From Promethearchaeota archaeon (lineage in GTDB: Archaea > Asgardarchaeota > Lokiarchaeia > Sigyniarchaeales > SOKP01), in the NCBI GenBank assembly GCA_048938025.1, contig JBHLMP010000005.1, forward strand, positions 44,551-108,550: 64,000 bases of DNA. Direction: 5' to 3'. Made by a program: the position numbers and the translations under genes. The notes below the pieces were generated by a model. That model saw only the letters and a list, made by a program, of their open reading frames with translations. It searched no databases and was not told where the DNA came from. Positions 9,846-20,535 of this stretch are shown here, in pieces. The number at the start of each line of letters is the position of its first letter. The first letter of the stretch is position 1.

Positions 9846-10664
9846 TCATGTAGAATTTATGATTTTTAGGAATTCCTCACGAAGATTTCCGTCTTCATCA
9901 AAAAACTTATATTTTCGTTTTCCAGCAGTCATAAATTTATACATAGCCTTACTAAATTTAAGAAATCTAATATGTTTATTGGTTCCTTTAATATTTCTCA
10001 TTCGAGGAACAAGGAACTTAACAACAGTTTCAGGGAGCTCCGCCAAAATATTAAATATTTTTATTGCTTCAGGTGGAATATCTTGAACTAAAAGATCTGT
10101 AATAACCATACTGGGATTAATTGTATGAATACCAATCATAGTTCCCTCTACTTCCTTGCTTAAGGTTTTCGTTAATTGAGGAATTGCTGCCTTTGTAGAT
10201 CCATAAGCCAAAGCCATAAGAGTTACTCTCCCTTGTGAACCATATCCTTCTACATTGAATATTTTACCATGATTTTGAGGAAGCATTAGCTTAAGCGCTG
10301 CTTTACATCCATAAATAGTTCCTAATAAGTTAGTATCGACTATTTCTCTTAAAGCTTCGGGATCAAAATCTACCAAATATGCATTGATATAAGCATTAGT
10401 TCCCGCATTATTGACCCAAATATCAATTGTTTTAAAAAATTCTTGAGAAAATTCTGCTAATTTTTTAACCTCTTGGTAATTTGTTACATCACATGAAATA
10501 CCGTTGATCCTATTATTAGGAAATAACTCCTTTAATTTTTGTATTGCATTTCTGACTCTTTCCTCATTGCGGGAAGAAATGATTACATTATCACCCAGTT
10601 TTAAAAACTCTTTTGCTAAAGCAAATCCTATACCTTTCGTGCTTCCTGTTATAACAATATTCAA
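9846..10664 (-). CDS. SDR oxidoreductase (NOL/NYC1-like subfamily)
   Basis: TGSTKGIG, IDIWVNNAG, YGSTK; TTG start after GGAG. Confidence 0.9.
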   Translation of the reverse strand: MNIVITGSTKGIGFALAKEFLKLGDNVIISSRNEERVRNAIQKLKELFPNNRINGISCDVTNYQEVKKLAEFSQEFFKTIDIWVNNAGTNAYINAYLVDFDPEALREIVDTNLLGTIYGCKAALKLMLPQNHGKIFNVEGYGSQGRVTLMALAYGSTKAAIPQLTKTLSKEVEGTMIGIHTINPSMVITDLLVQDIPPEAIKIFNILAELPETVVKFLVPRMRNIKGTNKHIRFLKFSKAMYKFMTAGKRKYKFFDEDGNLREEFLKIINST

Positions 10665-10791
10665 CTTAATTCTCCTGCTTTTATAATATAATATAATTTT
10701 ATTGAAACATCATAATTAACAATTAGCCTTATAAATTCTAATATAATCTTTATAACTATGTATTTTTAATTAAAAAAAGTGATATGATTAA

Positions 10792-11673
10792 ATGACTGCT
10801 AATAGAACACCAGGAAAAGTTAATAAGGATACAACATTAATCGACGCTGAGATGATGGGAATTCCAGGAATAATGTCTATATATTTTATAGAAGCAGGAA
10901 AAACATGTTTAATTGATTCAGGAACTCATATTGAAGCACGTAAAACTCTCAGAAAGTTAAAGGAATTGAATATTTTCCCCCCTGATATAATTATTATTAC
11001 CCATTCCCATTGGGATCATGTTCAAGCGATACCTTTTCTAAGCCAGAGAGCTAAGAAGTTAGGAAAAAAAATTGAAATATATGCATCTGAAGCAGCAATT
11101 CCCAACTTAAGGGATCAATCCTTTAACAACGTTTTTGAAACTGGTCCTTTCAATAATATCGAAGAAGATATTATAACTCTTAAAGAAGGTGATACTGTCG
11201 ATTTAGATGGTTTAATATTGAAAATTTTTGAGACACCAGGTCATATGAATGATGATATTTCCATTCTTGATGAAAAAAATAAAAATTTGTTCGTAGGAGA
11301 CATACTTGGGATGAAAGTTGCAGATAATGTATTCATCCCTCCATTTATGCCCCCTAAATGCAATCCTGAGGTTTATTTTAAAGCAATCGATAAACTCAAA
11401 AAAATTGATTATGAGACCATAAGTTTACATCATTTTGGATACATTTATGAAGAGGAGGCTAGAAGTATTCTTGACGAATCTCTAGCAAATAATGAGCTTT
11501 ATTGGAAAGCATATGAGGAGAATACAGATCATATGGATGATATTCCTTATTTAATTGAAAATGTTATTGAAAAATTAATTCCTAAATCTGCAATTGAAGG
11601 ATATCCTGAAATGTTAGTTACAGGAGTTACATATTGGCTTAGCCAAGGCTTTAAAATCTATAAAGGTTTATAA
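10792..11673 (+). CDS. MBL-fold metallo-hydrolase
   Basis: THSHWDH, TPGH, VGD, HHFG. Confidence 0.9.
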   Translation: MTANRTPGKVNKDTTLIDAEMMGIPGIMSIYFIEAGKTCLIDSGTHIEARKTLRKLKELNIFPPDIIIITHSHWDHVQAIPFLSQRAKKLGKKIEIYASEAAIPNLRDQSFNNVFETGPFNNIEEDIITLKEGDTVDLDGLILKIFETPGHMNDDISILDEKNKNLFVGDILGMKVADNVFIPPFMPPKCNPEVYFKAIDKLKKIDYETISLHHFGYIYEEEARSILDESLANNELYWKAYEENTDHMDDIPYLIENVIEKLIPKSAIEGYPEMLVTGVTYWLSQGFKIYKGL

Positions 11674-11723
11674 AAAAATTTATTTTCTAATTTTTCTGAT
11701 TTTCTCATCAATTTTAGATATAG

Positions 11724-12200
11724 TCACCAACAGCTAGGATCAAAATATTCCTTGTATTTTCTTGCCCAGCTACAAAGGGTATATTTTGAGTAATCCTCGG
11801 TAATTTCCTCTCCTGGTTGAATGTCTCTTTGAGCTATGGCACAAAATCCATTCTTATCTTCAGAAGCACCAGAATTCGCATTTGTGGAATGATTTACAAA
11901 TTTTGAATTATCCAAGCAAAAAATTAGCGCATCAAGCTCTCTCTCATAATAGGAATAAGTGAGCAAAATTTTCATAAAATTATCTATTAAAGGTGATTTT
12001 AGGGAATTATCAAGATTGAGAAATTGATCTTTTGTTATAATTAACACATCTTGTGGACGGGCATGCCACCATTTCGTACCCTTTGGAATAAATCTCTTGG
12101 CATACAATCCCGTTCCATGAATCTTGCTTGGTCGTACTTCAGTATATTCTTCAATTGGATTAATTGTAGTGAAATTGTTAATCAAATCGGTATTTATCAT
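11724..12200 (-). CDS. SET domain protein (putative protein-lysine methyltransferase)
   Basis: SKIHGTGLYAKRFIPKG, FVNHSTNAN, RDIQPGEEITEDY. Confidence 0.9.
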   Translation of the reverse strand: MINTDLINNFTTINPIEEYTEVRPSKIHGTGLYAKRFIPKGTKWWHARPQDVLIITKDQFLNLDNSLKSPLIDNFMKILLTYSYYERELDALIFCLDNSKFVNHSTNANSGASEDKNGFCAIAQRDIQPGEEITEDYSKYTLCSWARKYKEYFDPSCW

Positions 12201-12335
12201 TAATTACATTCAAATTTAAATAATTATTTATATTTTGAGTTAATACCTAATTTTTTCTAATTTAAATTTGTGTTTTTTTTTTTTTGAAAAGGGAGGAAAA
12301 ATCTAATTGAATAAAAGATGAAATTTAACATTCCA

Positions 12336-13079
12336 TTATATTACTAATTCTAAATCATCTGAAGCAGCAATTGTATTTTGAAATACTATTTTTGCCTTTT
12401 CCTCGGCACTTTTTCTGTCTTGGATTTTAATGTAAGAACTCGCATCAAAATGAGTTAAAATTAATTTCTTTACATTTGATTTTATAGCAACCTCAGCAGC
12501 TTCTTCAGGTTTAAGGTGTGGCCATCCCCACTCTTCCTGTCCTAACTTATATGAACATTCTGTTATAAATATATCTGCATATTTAGCAAGTTCATATAAA
12601 TTGGGACATATCCCTGTATCAGTACAGTATGTAATAATTTTATTTTCAACCTTTATTCTATATCCCAAACATAGATCTGCATGAACTAAAAGTTTACATG
12701 TTATTGGGAACCCGATATTATGCTCGCCTTCCATTAAATCATGAATTTGTATAGCTAATGGTAAATCTGCCAATAGGGAGGTATATGGATGTTTAATTAT
12801 ATTTTTTATTCCATTTTTCGTGCCTTTATATCCATATATGATTATCTCTTGATTAAAATGGAATTTTGCGAATGAGTGAAACCCTATTATATGATCAAGA
12901 TGAAGATGACTTAGTAATATGATTATTGGTTTTTCTTTATCAATATATTGATCAATTTTATAAATTCCATCACCCGCATCTAAAATAATATAATAATTTT
13001 CAGTTTCAATGAGAGTAGAAATCGTATTCCCTGAATCCGTCGCATACCACCCATTTGTACCTAAAAATACAATACGCAT
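12336..13079 (-). CDS. RNase Z/BN-like MBL-fold hydrolase
   Basis: FLGTNG, LDAGDG, SHLHLDH, YCTDT, HLKPEEA, LTHF. Confidence 0.85.
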   Translation of the reverse strand: MRIVFLGTNGWYATDSGNTISTLIETENYYIILDAGDGIYKIDQYIDKEKPIIILLSHLHLDHIIGFHSFAKFHFNQEIIIYGYKGTKNGIKNIIKHPYTSLLADLPLAIQIHDLMEGEHNIGFPITCKLLVHADLCLGYRIKVENKIITYCTDTGICPNLYELAKYADIFITECSYKLGQEEWGWPHLKPEEAAEVAIKSNVKKLILTHFDASSYIKIQDRKSAEEKAKIVFQNTIAASDDLELVI

Positions 13080-13236
13080 ATTTTTTCTCAACCTCTTATC
13101 ATAGAATTAACTTTAATATGAAAAATTTGTTTATAATAAAATATTAATTTCTAATGAAATTATGTTATAGTCTAAAATGAATTAAAACCAAATTAATTTT
13201 TTAAGAAAATCTGTAAAAAGATTTGATTATTAAGAG

Positions 13237-14172
13237 TTAGTTATCTTTAAAAAACACACTTAAATTTCGCGGGAATACTTCGAGATATTCTACTAAGTCA
13301 TAATCTTTCAATTTTTTGACTGTATCTTCTGGAAGTTGTCCAATATTTTTTCTATCTAATAATAGTTTCGTTTCTCTTTCCGAAAATTCAGGACCTTGTT
13401 CAATCCAATTAAAAACTTTTTTATTTGCAGGGCAAACTCTTTGACAGTGAAGACATCCAACAAGACAGTTATGCCAAGAAGAATCCAACCATTCTGGGAA
13501 GGGTATATCTCCTCCATGCTCATTATGATAAGTGATACACCGTTCACCATGTAATAAAAAACGATCAGATGCTATTGCTCCAGTAGGGCAATTTTGTCTA
13601 CAAGCTGAGCAATTTTCACAAAGATCCATCATTTGTAAATCATGCCACTTATCTTTCTTTATAGGAAAATCAGAGAAGAATCCTGCCAGACGATAAAAAC
13701 TACCCATCTTTGGTATGTAACTAATGTTATTTTTCCCAAATTTCGCTAATCCACTACGTACTGCTAAAGTTTTGAAAGGTATCCGTGCGTATACTACCTT
13801 ATATCCTTCTGGTTTTAAAATATTTGTTAGGGTCTCCTCAACCTCATCAATTACTTTTTGACCATACAAATACGTAGGGGGTATAAGTAAAGAGAGACTG
13901 TCATTCTGCCAATGGAAAATTGCTTTAAAACTAGGCTGTGGAACCGCAACAATAAAGATTGATTTCATTTCAGTTAAATCTAATTCCGATTCGTAATCAA
14001 AATAGGAAAAACACTCTTCGTAAAAATCGGGGTCAAAAAGTCCTTGTTCATGATGCTTTTCAATATCATTCCATAAATCGAATAAATGGCTAGCAGAAAT
14101 AATTTTTGCTTTATATCTTTTTAACTCAAATTCTGAATATATTTTTTTTTCAAGTTTATCTCTATCAATCAT
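13237..14172 (-). CDS. Epoxyqueuosine reductase (QueG)-like 4Fe-4S dicluster protein
   Basis: AVRSGLAKFGKNN, CENCSACRQNCPTGAI, ERCITY, GCLHCQRVCP. Confidence 0.8.
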   Translation of the reverse strand: MIDRDKLEKKIYSEFELKRYKAKIISASHLFDLWNDIEKHHEQGLFDPDFYEECFSYFDYESELDLTEMKSIFIVAVPQPSFKAIFHWQNDSLSLLIPPTYLYGQKVIDEVEETLTNILKPEGYKVVYARIPFKTLAVRSGLAKFGKNNISYIPKMGSFYRLAGFFSDFPIKKDKWHDLQMMDLCENCSACRQNCPTGAIASDRFLLHGERCITYHNEHGGDIPFPEWLDSSWHNCLVGCLHCQRVCPANKKVFNWIEQGPEFSERETKLLLDRKNIGQLPEDTVKKLKDYDLVEYLEVFPRNLSVFFKDN

Positions 14173-14426
14173 TTCTTAACATCTTAGTGAATGTATCTTA
14201 ATTAAGGTAATTAACTATTAAAAAATCTTTTCTTTTGTTTTATTTAATAAATTAATAAAATCCATAATCATCTTTATATATCCTATGTTAAATGAAGAAT
14301 TTAGAAAGAAATACATAGATACAATTCCTTCTAATACTATATTACCATTTAAAATGTAATTTTAAAATTGAAATTCCTAATTATCTAAATTTATTAAAGA
14401 AAGAATTTTTTTGATTAATTTCAAAA

Positions 14427-15596
14427 TTAATCATCGTGTTTTAGCGCAATTGCAGAATCTGGTGCGACTTCTTTTTGGAGCATTTTAAATGCGTTGTTCG
14501 AAGTTGAGAAGGTTTTTGCATTATAATTTTTAACCAAATCAATGAGTTCTTCATCAAAGATTCGCACATATACCTCAATGTGGGGATAGCGTAAGTTAAG
14601 CTTAGATGTTAGATAAAGTAATTCATCGAATTCGGACTCACGTTTCCAACAAATAAATACTTGAGTAACTTCTTCTAAATTCACATGAGCACGTAAATCA
14701 CTTAAAAAACACGCAAACTCGTTTATGATATGTAATTGTTCATTAATTACAAACCCGATCCCATCATGCACATCATCAAAAAGAAAAACTTCACGTCCTG
14801 GCTGTTGAGAAACATGATAAGCAATTCGATGAGTTAAGCTGTCACGTCCAATTACAATGACATTTCCCGTTTTAGCTTCAGTCCATCTTAGAATGCCCTC
14901 CATCGCCCATTTTGATGTGGAAAATGGGAATGCATTTAATGGGGGTTGTCTAAGATATTCCTGTACATGATCTTCAAATGCACGAACATAGATTTGACAT
15001 TTTGGATTCACCTTACGGATCTTTTCTGTACAGATTATTGCAACTCTAACGTCATCACTAATAATAAAAACTTCTTTAGCCCATTTTATATTTGCAAAAT
15101 TAAGGTTAGTTGTCTCGGTTGCATCACCAACAACTATTGGATAACCTGCGTTGATTAAATCTTCTACTAATTCTTCATTATCCTCAATAAGACAGAATTG
15201 TTCGTTATTTTCAACACAATATTCTATAATCCTTTCAGAAAGATGATGATGCCCGATAATTACTGTATGATTCCTTTTATGGCTAGCGAGAATTCTACTC
15301 GTAATAATAGGATTAAATTTTTCTAATAATTCTCCTATGATAAACCCAAAGACAATTACTTCTAATAAAATAGGCCACAATAAAGAATAAAGATTAGTAA
15401 AATCTCTAGCAGGCTCTGGACGTCGTACAGTCCATGAAAACAAAAATATTTCCCATAAATTGTAATCGGGTTCTATAATAAGAAAAGTAAGAAAACCACC
15501 AAACCAAAATAAAAAGAGAAATAGAAATGCTAATTTGTATTGCTTAAGTTTAAGATGAATTTCAATAAAAAAATTCAGGATATTCATACCATACAA
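14427..15596 (-). CDS. 2TM membrane protein with two RCK/TrkA_N domains (K+ channel-like, no GYG filter)
   Basis: NHTVIIGHHHLS, VGDATETTNL, second Rossmann-like NVIVIGRDSL. Confidence 0.7.
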   Translation of the reverse strand: MYGMNILNFFIEIHLKLKQYKLAFLFLFLFWFGGFLTFLIIEPDYNLWEIFLFSWTVRRPEPARDFTNLYSLLWPILLEVIVFGFIIGELLEKFNPIITSRILASHKRNHTVIIGHHHLSERIIEYCVENNEQFCLIEDNEELVEDLINAGYPIVVGDATETTNLNFANIKWAKEVFIISDDVRVAIICTEKIRKVNPKCQIYVRAFEDHVQEYLRQPPLNAFPFSTSKWAMEGILRWTEAKTGNVIVIGRDSLTHRIAYHVSQQPGREVFLFDDVHDGIGFVINEQLHIINEFACFLSDLRAHVNLEEVTQVFICWKRESEFDELLYLTSKLNLRYPHIEVYVRIFDEELIDLVKNYNAKTFSTSNNAFKMLQKEVAPDSAIALKHDD

Positions 15597-15759
15597 TAAA
15601 ACACTCCAATATAAAAAAAATTTGATCTAATGAGGATAATTCTAACGTTTCTTTTAAAAAAATTTTTAATGTATAGTTGTCAATTTTTAAATTAATCAAA
15701 AAATTCAATTTAATTTTATAGAATTCTATAGGTAAAATTTTAATTATTAGGGTAAGTCA

Positions 15760-16995
15760 ATGGCAATTGTAATGATTTGGGATCCCTTAGAGCGTCTCCT
15801 TTGGGGAATTGGTATCGCATTTGCACTAATGTGTGGAGTATATTTTATATATAAAGGGAGAAAGAGAGAAATTTTTAATGAAAGAATTATTATGTTTGGA
15901 CTAGCAAGTCTACCCTTCAGTTTCGCATTTGGTTTACTTTTTACTTTTCTTCAGGTTTTTCAAGTTCAAGGGACTTTTGTTAATAATATTTTTTACGGCG
16001 ATTATGATAATTATATATCACTTTATGAGCATCTTGGTAGAGCAAGTTATATTTCAATCGGAATTGGGGGTATATTCTTCATATTAGCCTTTGATATAGT
16101 AGTAAAACGTACGAAATATCTTCTTACAATAGCATTCATAATATTAACAGGAATAGAAATTTCTTCTCCGACCATATCAATGGCGAAAATTGTGTTTAAT
16201 TTACCTATATTACTTGGATTATTAATATTAGTCCCACTTGTATTATATCTTTATACAAGATGGTCTCATCTAGAGTTTAAGGCCGTTTCTTCATTTCTAT
16301 TGTTCGGTTTCTTATTATTCATAATGTCATTAAATCTCGCAAAAAGTGTCCATAAGGAGTTAAATGCATACCCATTAATTTTGGGTCCACTTTTTTTAAT
16401 TTTAGGTTGTTGTATCACCATACTTCCAACAATTATTAACCCTAAAGTAGTTTCTCGAGCTTTAATTTATTGGGTAGGATATGCAATTATAACTTTTCCC
16501 TTATTCATAGTTATAATATATGTTGATATTGTCAAAGGCTTAAATCCTATCTTTGTCGTTGAATTTTTTATAGCATTTGTATATATATACACATTGTTTT
16601 TTCTCGTTATAAGGGATATACGATCTGAAATAATAATTTCAGTAAAGCATGAAGAAGATAAAGAAATACAATCCGATATTTTAGGAATATTCACCAGACC
16701 ACTAGAAGTTACTGAAGAAGATGTAATATTTCATAGGGAACAAAAAATTTGCTTGGTATGTAAGGGAAAAACATTAAGAACGATATATCTTTGTCCAGAG
16801 TGTGATGCGCTCTATTGTAATAAATGTTCAACTGCACTAAGTAATTTAGAAAATGCGTGCTGGGCATGTAATACCCCATTTGACCCATTAAAACCCGTGA
16901 AACCATACAAGGGAGTAGAAGAAGCACTAATGAAAAAAGGATCGAAAAAATCCCCGAAAAAGCATAAGATTCGTGATATTCCTCCTATGACATAA
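15760..16995 (+). CDS. Multi-pass membrane protein with C-terminal Cys8 zinc finger (RING/C1-like)
   Basis: About 9 hydrophobic segments followed by CLVC...CPEC...YCNKC...CWAC. Confidence 0.75.
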   Translation: MAIVMIWDPLERLLWGIGIAFALMCGVYFIYKGRKREIFNERIIMFGLASLPFSFAFGLLFTFLQVFQVQGTFVNNIFYGDYDNYISLYEHLGRASYISIGIGGIFFILAFDIVVKRTKYLLTIAFIILTGIEISSPTISMAKIVFNLPILLGLLILVPLVLYLYTRWSHLEFKAVSSFLLFGFLLFIMSLNLAKSVHKELNAYPLILGPLFLILGCCITILPTIINPKVVSRALIYWVGYAIITFPLFIVIIYVDIVKGLNPIFVVEFFIAFVYIYTLFFLVIRDIRSEIIISVKHEEDKEIQSDILGIFTRPLEVTEEDVIFHREQKICLVCKGKTLRTIYLCPECDALYCNKCSTALSNLENACWACNTPFDPLKPVKPYKGVEEALMKKGSKKSPKKHKIRDIPPMT

Positions 16996-17065
16996 ATCGG
17001 ATTTTTCGAAATTTTTATCCAATAATATTTATATTTTAGTACAAACTAAGTACAATAGGAACATG

Positions 17066-17079
17066 CGACAATATTGTCG
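17066..17079. promoter_or_regulatory. Perfect 14-bp palindrome upstream of the 17103 gene
   Basis: CGACAATATTGTCG. Confidence 0.45.
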
Positions 17080-17102
17080 AATGCGAAGAAAGAATATATA
17101 TT

Positions 17103-17534
17103 ATGTATAGTAATATAGATGATCCTGAATCCGATTATGAGACTATAATCGATAAATTATCAAAGCAAATCACAAAATTATACAATCAAATTCAATATTA
17201 TCAAGTACTTGTTACTCAACAAGAGAATCAAATAACAAAATTACTAAATGAGAACAATCAATTAAAAGCCCAAATTCAAAATATATCACTCCAACCAACA
17301 GCACCATCTTACCCAAGCCAGCAATCTTACACCCCTTCAGTGCCTAAACAACAAACAACCTCTACTTCTCCTTCCGGTATAGTTACTAGCACGCTGAAAA
17401 GGGTATGTCCTAACTGTGGTGCGTCGGGGTTTGCTATTAGAGAAGAGGATGATAAATCTAAGATTATTAGCTATATCCCAAGACGCATCTATGCAAAAAA
17501 GAGAGTATGTACTAAGTGTAGGTTTGAATTTTAA
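17103..17534 (+). CDS. Coiled-coil, Pro/Ser/Thr linker and C-terminal zinc ribbon protein
   Basis: Heptad LSKQITKLYNQI...LKAQI; CPNCG...CTKC. Confidence 0.75.
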   Translation: MYSNIDDPESDYETIIDKLSKQITKLYNQIQYYQVLVTQQENQITKLLNENNQLKAQIQNISLQPTAPSYPSQQSYTPSVPKQQTTSTSPSGIVTSTLKRVCPNCGASGFAIREEDDKSKIISYIPRRIYAKKRVCTKCRFEF

Positions 17535-17557
17535 TTCAGATTCATAATTGACTCATT

Positions 17558-18355
17558 TTAATTATCTTTAAGAAATTTAATTATTTCATCGATAAACTTT
17601 CTAGGTTCTTCCATAAATATCATATGTGCAACATTCTCAAAATAAATGAGTTTTGCACCAATTATTTTTTCTGCAAGTAATTCAGCATTTCCAGGGGGGA
17701 GAAGAATATCTTCCTTACCATGTAATATTAATGTGGGCACTTTAATGTTTTTCAATCGCCTATAGGAATTAAATCCAGTACTTATTTGCCGCATAAAAAC
17801 TTCTGGTTCTGTTGGAATTGTGAGGATATCCTCTATTTTCTTCTTTATATATTCAGAATTATTCTTTATGAAATCTTCTGAGAACATATGTGACATCCCT
17901 TCTTCAATCACTTTTCTTGTATGCTCTCGTCGAGACAATTTCATTAAAAAACGCATCGTTTTAGGATTTATTAGAGGTGCTTTTGATCCACCAAAACCTG
18001 AAGAACAAAGAATAAGCTTTTCAACTCGTTCAGGATAATTAAGAACTAACTCTTGAGCGATAAATCCGCCCATAGAATGACCAAAAATATGTGCTTTATT
18101 GATATCTAAAGCATCCATTAATCCATCTGTATCATCAGCCATCATTTTACAGGTAAATTCACCCTCCGTTCTGTCACTCCGCCCAACGTCTCTATTATCA
18201 AATATAATTATTTTAAAACTCTTTGAAAGTTCTTCTATAAGCGGAGGATCCACCCAGTAAATATTTTCAGACAAACCTAGAATCATTAAAAGTGGAAAAC
18301 CGTTACCATGGATTTCGTAATATAAATTAAAACCATTAACTTTAGCTTTTGGCAT
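17558..18355 (-). CDS. Alpha/beta hydrolase
   Basis: GHSMGG, HGKEDILLP, AH catalytic triad. Confidence 0.9.
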   Translation of the reverse strand: MPKAKVNGFNLYYEIHGNGFPLLMILGLSENIYWVDPPLIEELSKSFKIIIFDNRDVGRSDRTEGEFTCKMMADDTDGLMDALDINKAHIFGHSMGGFIAQELVLNYPERVEKLILCSSGFGGSKAPLINPKTMRFLMKLSRREHTRKVIEEGMSHMFSEDFIKNNSEYIKKKIEDILTIPTEPEVFMRQISTGFNSYRRLKNIKVPTLILHGKEDILLPPGNAELLAEKIIGAKLIYFENVAHMIFMEEPRKFIDEIIKFLKDN

Positions 18356-18524
18356 ATCATATCAATTTTAATCCTTAACTCTATTTTAAATAAATTAATG
18401 TAATATATAATTCTTATTCATAGAATTTTTTTACTAATGGATTTAAAATTTCTCTTGTGGCATTAACATCAAGGAGTTAATTAAATCGTCTTGAATCAAT
18501 AGAAAAAAGATAAAAAGCATGTCT

Positions 18525-19448
18525 TTAAGGATTAAATTCTTGGGTTCTAACTCCAAGTTCTTCTAATAATGGTATTAGGAACTCCTTATAAAACTCTCTT
18601 ATAGGTAGCACGTTCCCTAAATATAAATGCAAAAACTCTTGAATTTCATAATTAATTTTATTTATGTCAATAAAGGAATATTCAGGTTCAATCTCAATCT
18701 TATTCAAATTTAGAGGTTTTAATTGTTTCATTACCAAATAATGCATAAATTGAATAAATGTTCTTTCCACTAAATTCTCCTCTTCCTCATTTAGTTCATA
18801 AACTTCATGAGCTATTTTATTCCTTAATTCTCCTACTTTTTTAATTAATAATTCCAGACTTTTAGGTAAATTTAATTCCTCTATTTTCTGTACCACTGTT
18901 TTATTATTATAATCATTAACTTGGGAGTCTAAATAGTCTAATAAAATTGAATAAAAGTGTATTAAGAATTTGAATGAGTCAATAGATTTATCCCCTTTCC
19001 ATGTACTATAGGAACTTCCCCATTGGGCAAAATTCACTTCATCTAAAGCATTTTTAATATCTTTTTTAATATTATCAACTTTTTCTATAAAATAATCTGA
19101 AAAATCCATATAGGGTTTCTCACGGCGGTCAAACTTATATTTATATGATTTCCCAAATTCCTTAAATGACCCCCATTTTTTTATTCGAGATGGTTCTTCT
19201 ACTATTTCTTTTCTACCAATTTCTGCTGCAAATTTTATCAGATATCCACATTGAGGACAATATGTTACAAATGAACCCTGGATAGAAGTAAATGGCTTAA
19301 CTTCAAGTTGATGTGAGCCCTTTGGAAATTCAACAACCTCTCCTTTGGATTCTATATGATCAAAACTCGTTTTTTCAAAATGAAATGATTCTGGAATAAA
19401 CTTAGAATTACATACAGGACATTTGACTTTTTCTTTTTTTAGTGTCAT
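18525..19448 (-). CDS. Zinc-ribbon protein with a putative HEPN-like domain
   Basis: CPVC...CPQC; helical C-terminal half with LRNKIAHE (Rx4H). Confidence 0.55.
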   Translation of the reverse strand: MTLKKEKVKCPVCNSKFIPESFHFEKTSFDHIESKGEVVEFPKGSHQLEVKPFTSIQGSFVTYCPQCGYLIKFAAEIGRKEIVEEPSRIKKWGSFKEFGKSYKYKFDRREKPYMDFSDYFIEKVDNIKKDIKNALDEVNFAQWGSSYSTWKGDKSIDSFKFLIHFYSILLDYLDSQVNDYNNKTVVQKIEELNLPKSLELLIKKVGELRNKIAHEVYELNEEEENLVERTFIQFMHYLVMKQLKPLNLNKIEIEPEYSFIDINKINYEIQEFLHLYLGNVLPIREFYKEFLIPLLEELGVRTQEFNP

Positions 19449-19609
19449 ATTATTTCACTATTTTTTTTTTAACCTAAAACTAAGTTACCAAATAATAAAG
19501 CCTTATATTTTAGGTTTACTAAAAACAATTCAAGTAATATGTATTTTTATTTTAGGAAATTATTAGAATAAAGCTTCCTTAATAGTTTAAAATTAAAAGG
19601 AAAATTAAG

Positions 19610-20419
19610 ATGCCAATAATTGGAATTGATTATAATAGATGTACAAATTGTGGATTATGTGTAAGGGTATGTCCAAGAAGATATAGTGAAGATAAAGAAC
19701 AAGAGAAAATTATCTTTAATGATGCTTTTGGATCTTGTTCGTTATGTGGTCACTGCATTGCAGTATGCCCTCAAGAAGCAATCCTACATGAAAATTTAGG
19801 AGATGAACCTTATACATTTGATGGAATAGCAAATTTACCAAATTATATACCATATGAAAAAATGTATAATTTTCTACGTGCAAATCGTTCGATTCGACTT
19901 TATAAACACAAAAAAGTACCTGAAGATACATTACAAAAAGTAATTAGAGCAATGGAATGTGCACCTACTGCTGCAAATCTAAGAGGGGAGAAATTTGTAA
20001 TTTTGTCTGACCCAGAACAATTAAAAGCTTTATCTGATGCAGTTATAGAAGAACTTCTAAAAAATCCATCAACAAGGTCACATTTTGCGGAATCATTTGA
20101 AATTAGAAAGAAAATTTATAACTATCCTATTTATTATGATGCACCACATATAATAATCGTATATTCTACAGGCAAAACTACTTTTGAACATTTTAATATA
20201 GGAAATATAATTACTTATGGACGATTAGCTGCTCAAACACTAGGTTTAGGTACATGTTGGATTGGTTGGATGCAAATAGCTTTAGAAATTAATCCTAAAT
20301 TAACAAAATTAGCAGGCATCAGGGGTAGAAGCTGGGGTGTTATGACAATCGGTTATCCTAATATCGAATACTTATACTGTCCTCCTCGTTCTCATAAAAA
20401 CGTAAAAGGATTAATTTAA
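19610..20419 (+). CDS. Nitroreductase with N-terminal 4Fe-4S domain (paralog of 4831..5634)
   Basis: CTNCGLCVRVCP, CSLCGHCIAVCP, RSIRLY, GLGTCW. Confidence 0.9.
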   Translation: MPIIGIDYNRCTNCGLCVRVCPRRYSEDKEQEKIIFNDAFGSCSLCGHCIAVCPQEAILHENLGDEPYTFDGIANLPNYIPYEKMYNFLRANRSIRLYKHKKVPEDTLQKVIRAMECAPTAANLRGEKFVILSDPEQLKALSDAVIEELLKNPSTRSHFAESFEIRKKIYNYPIYYDAPHIIIVYSTGKTTFEHFNIGNIITYGRLAAQTLGLGTCWIGWMQIALEINPKLTKLAGIRGRSWGVMTIGYPNIEYLYCPPRSHKNVKGLI

Positions 20420-20535
20420 CCAGCCAATATGATATAAACATATACAATTTATTGAATATAAACTATAATAATAAGATATATTTTATTTTAACTATTAAAT
20501 AAATCTCATAATTACAAATTAAATATGATATTCAG

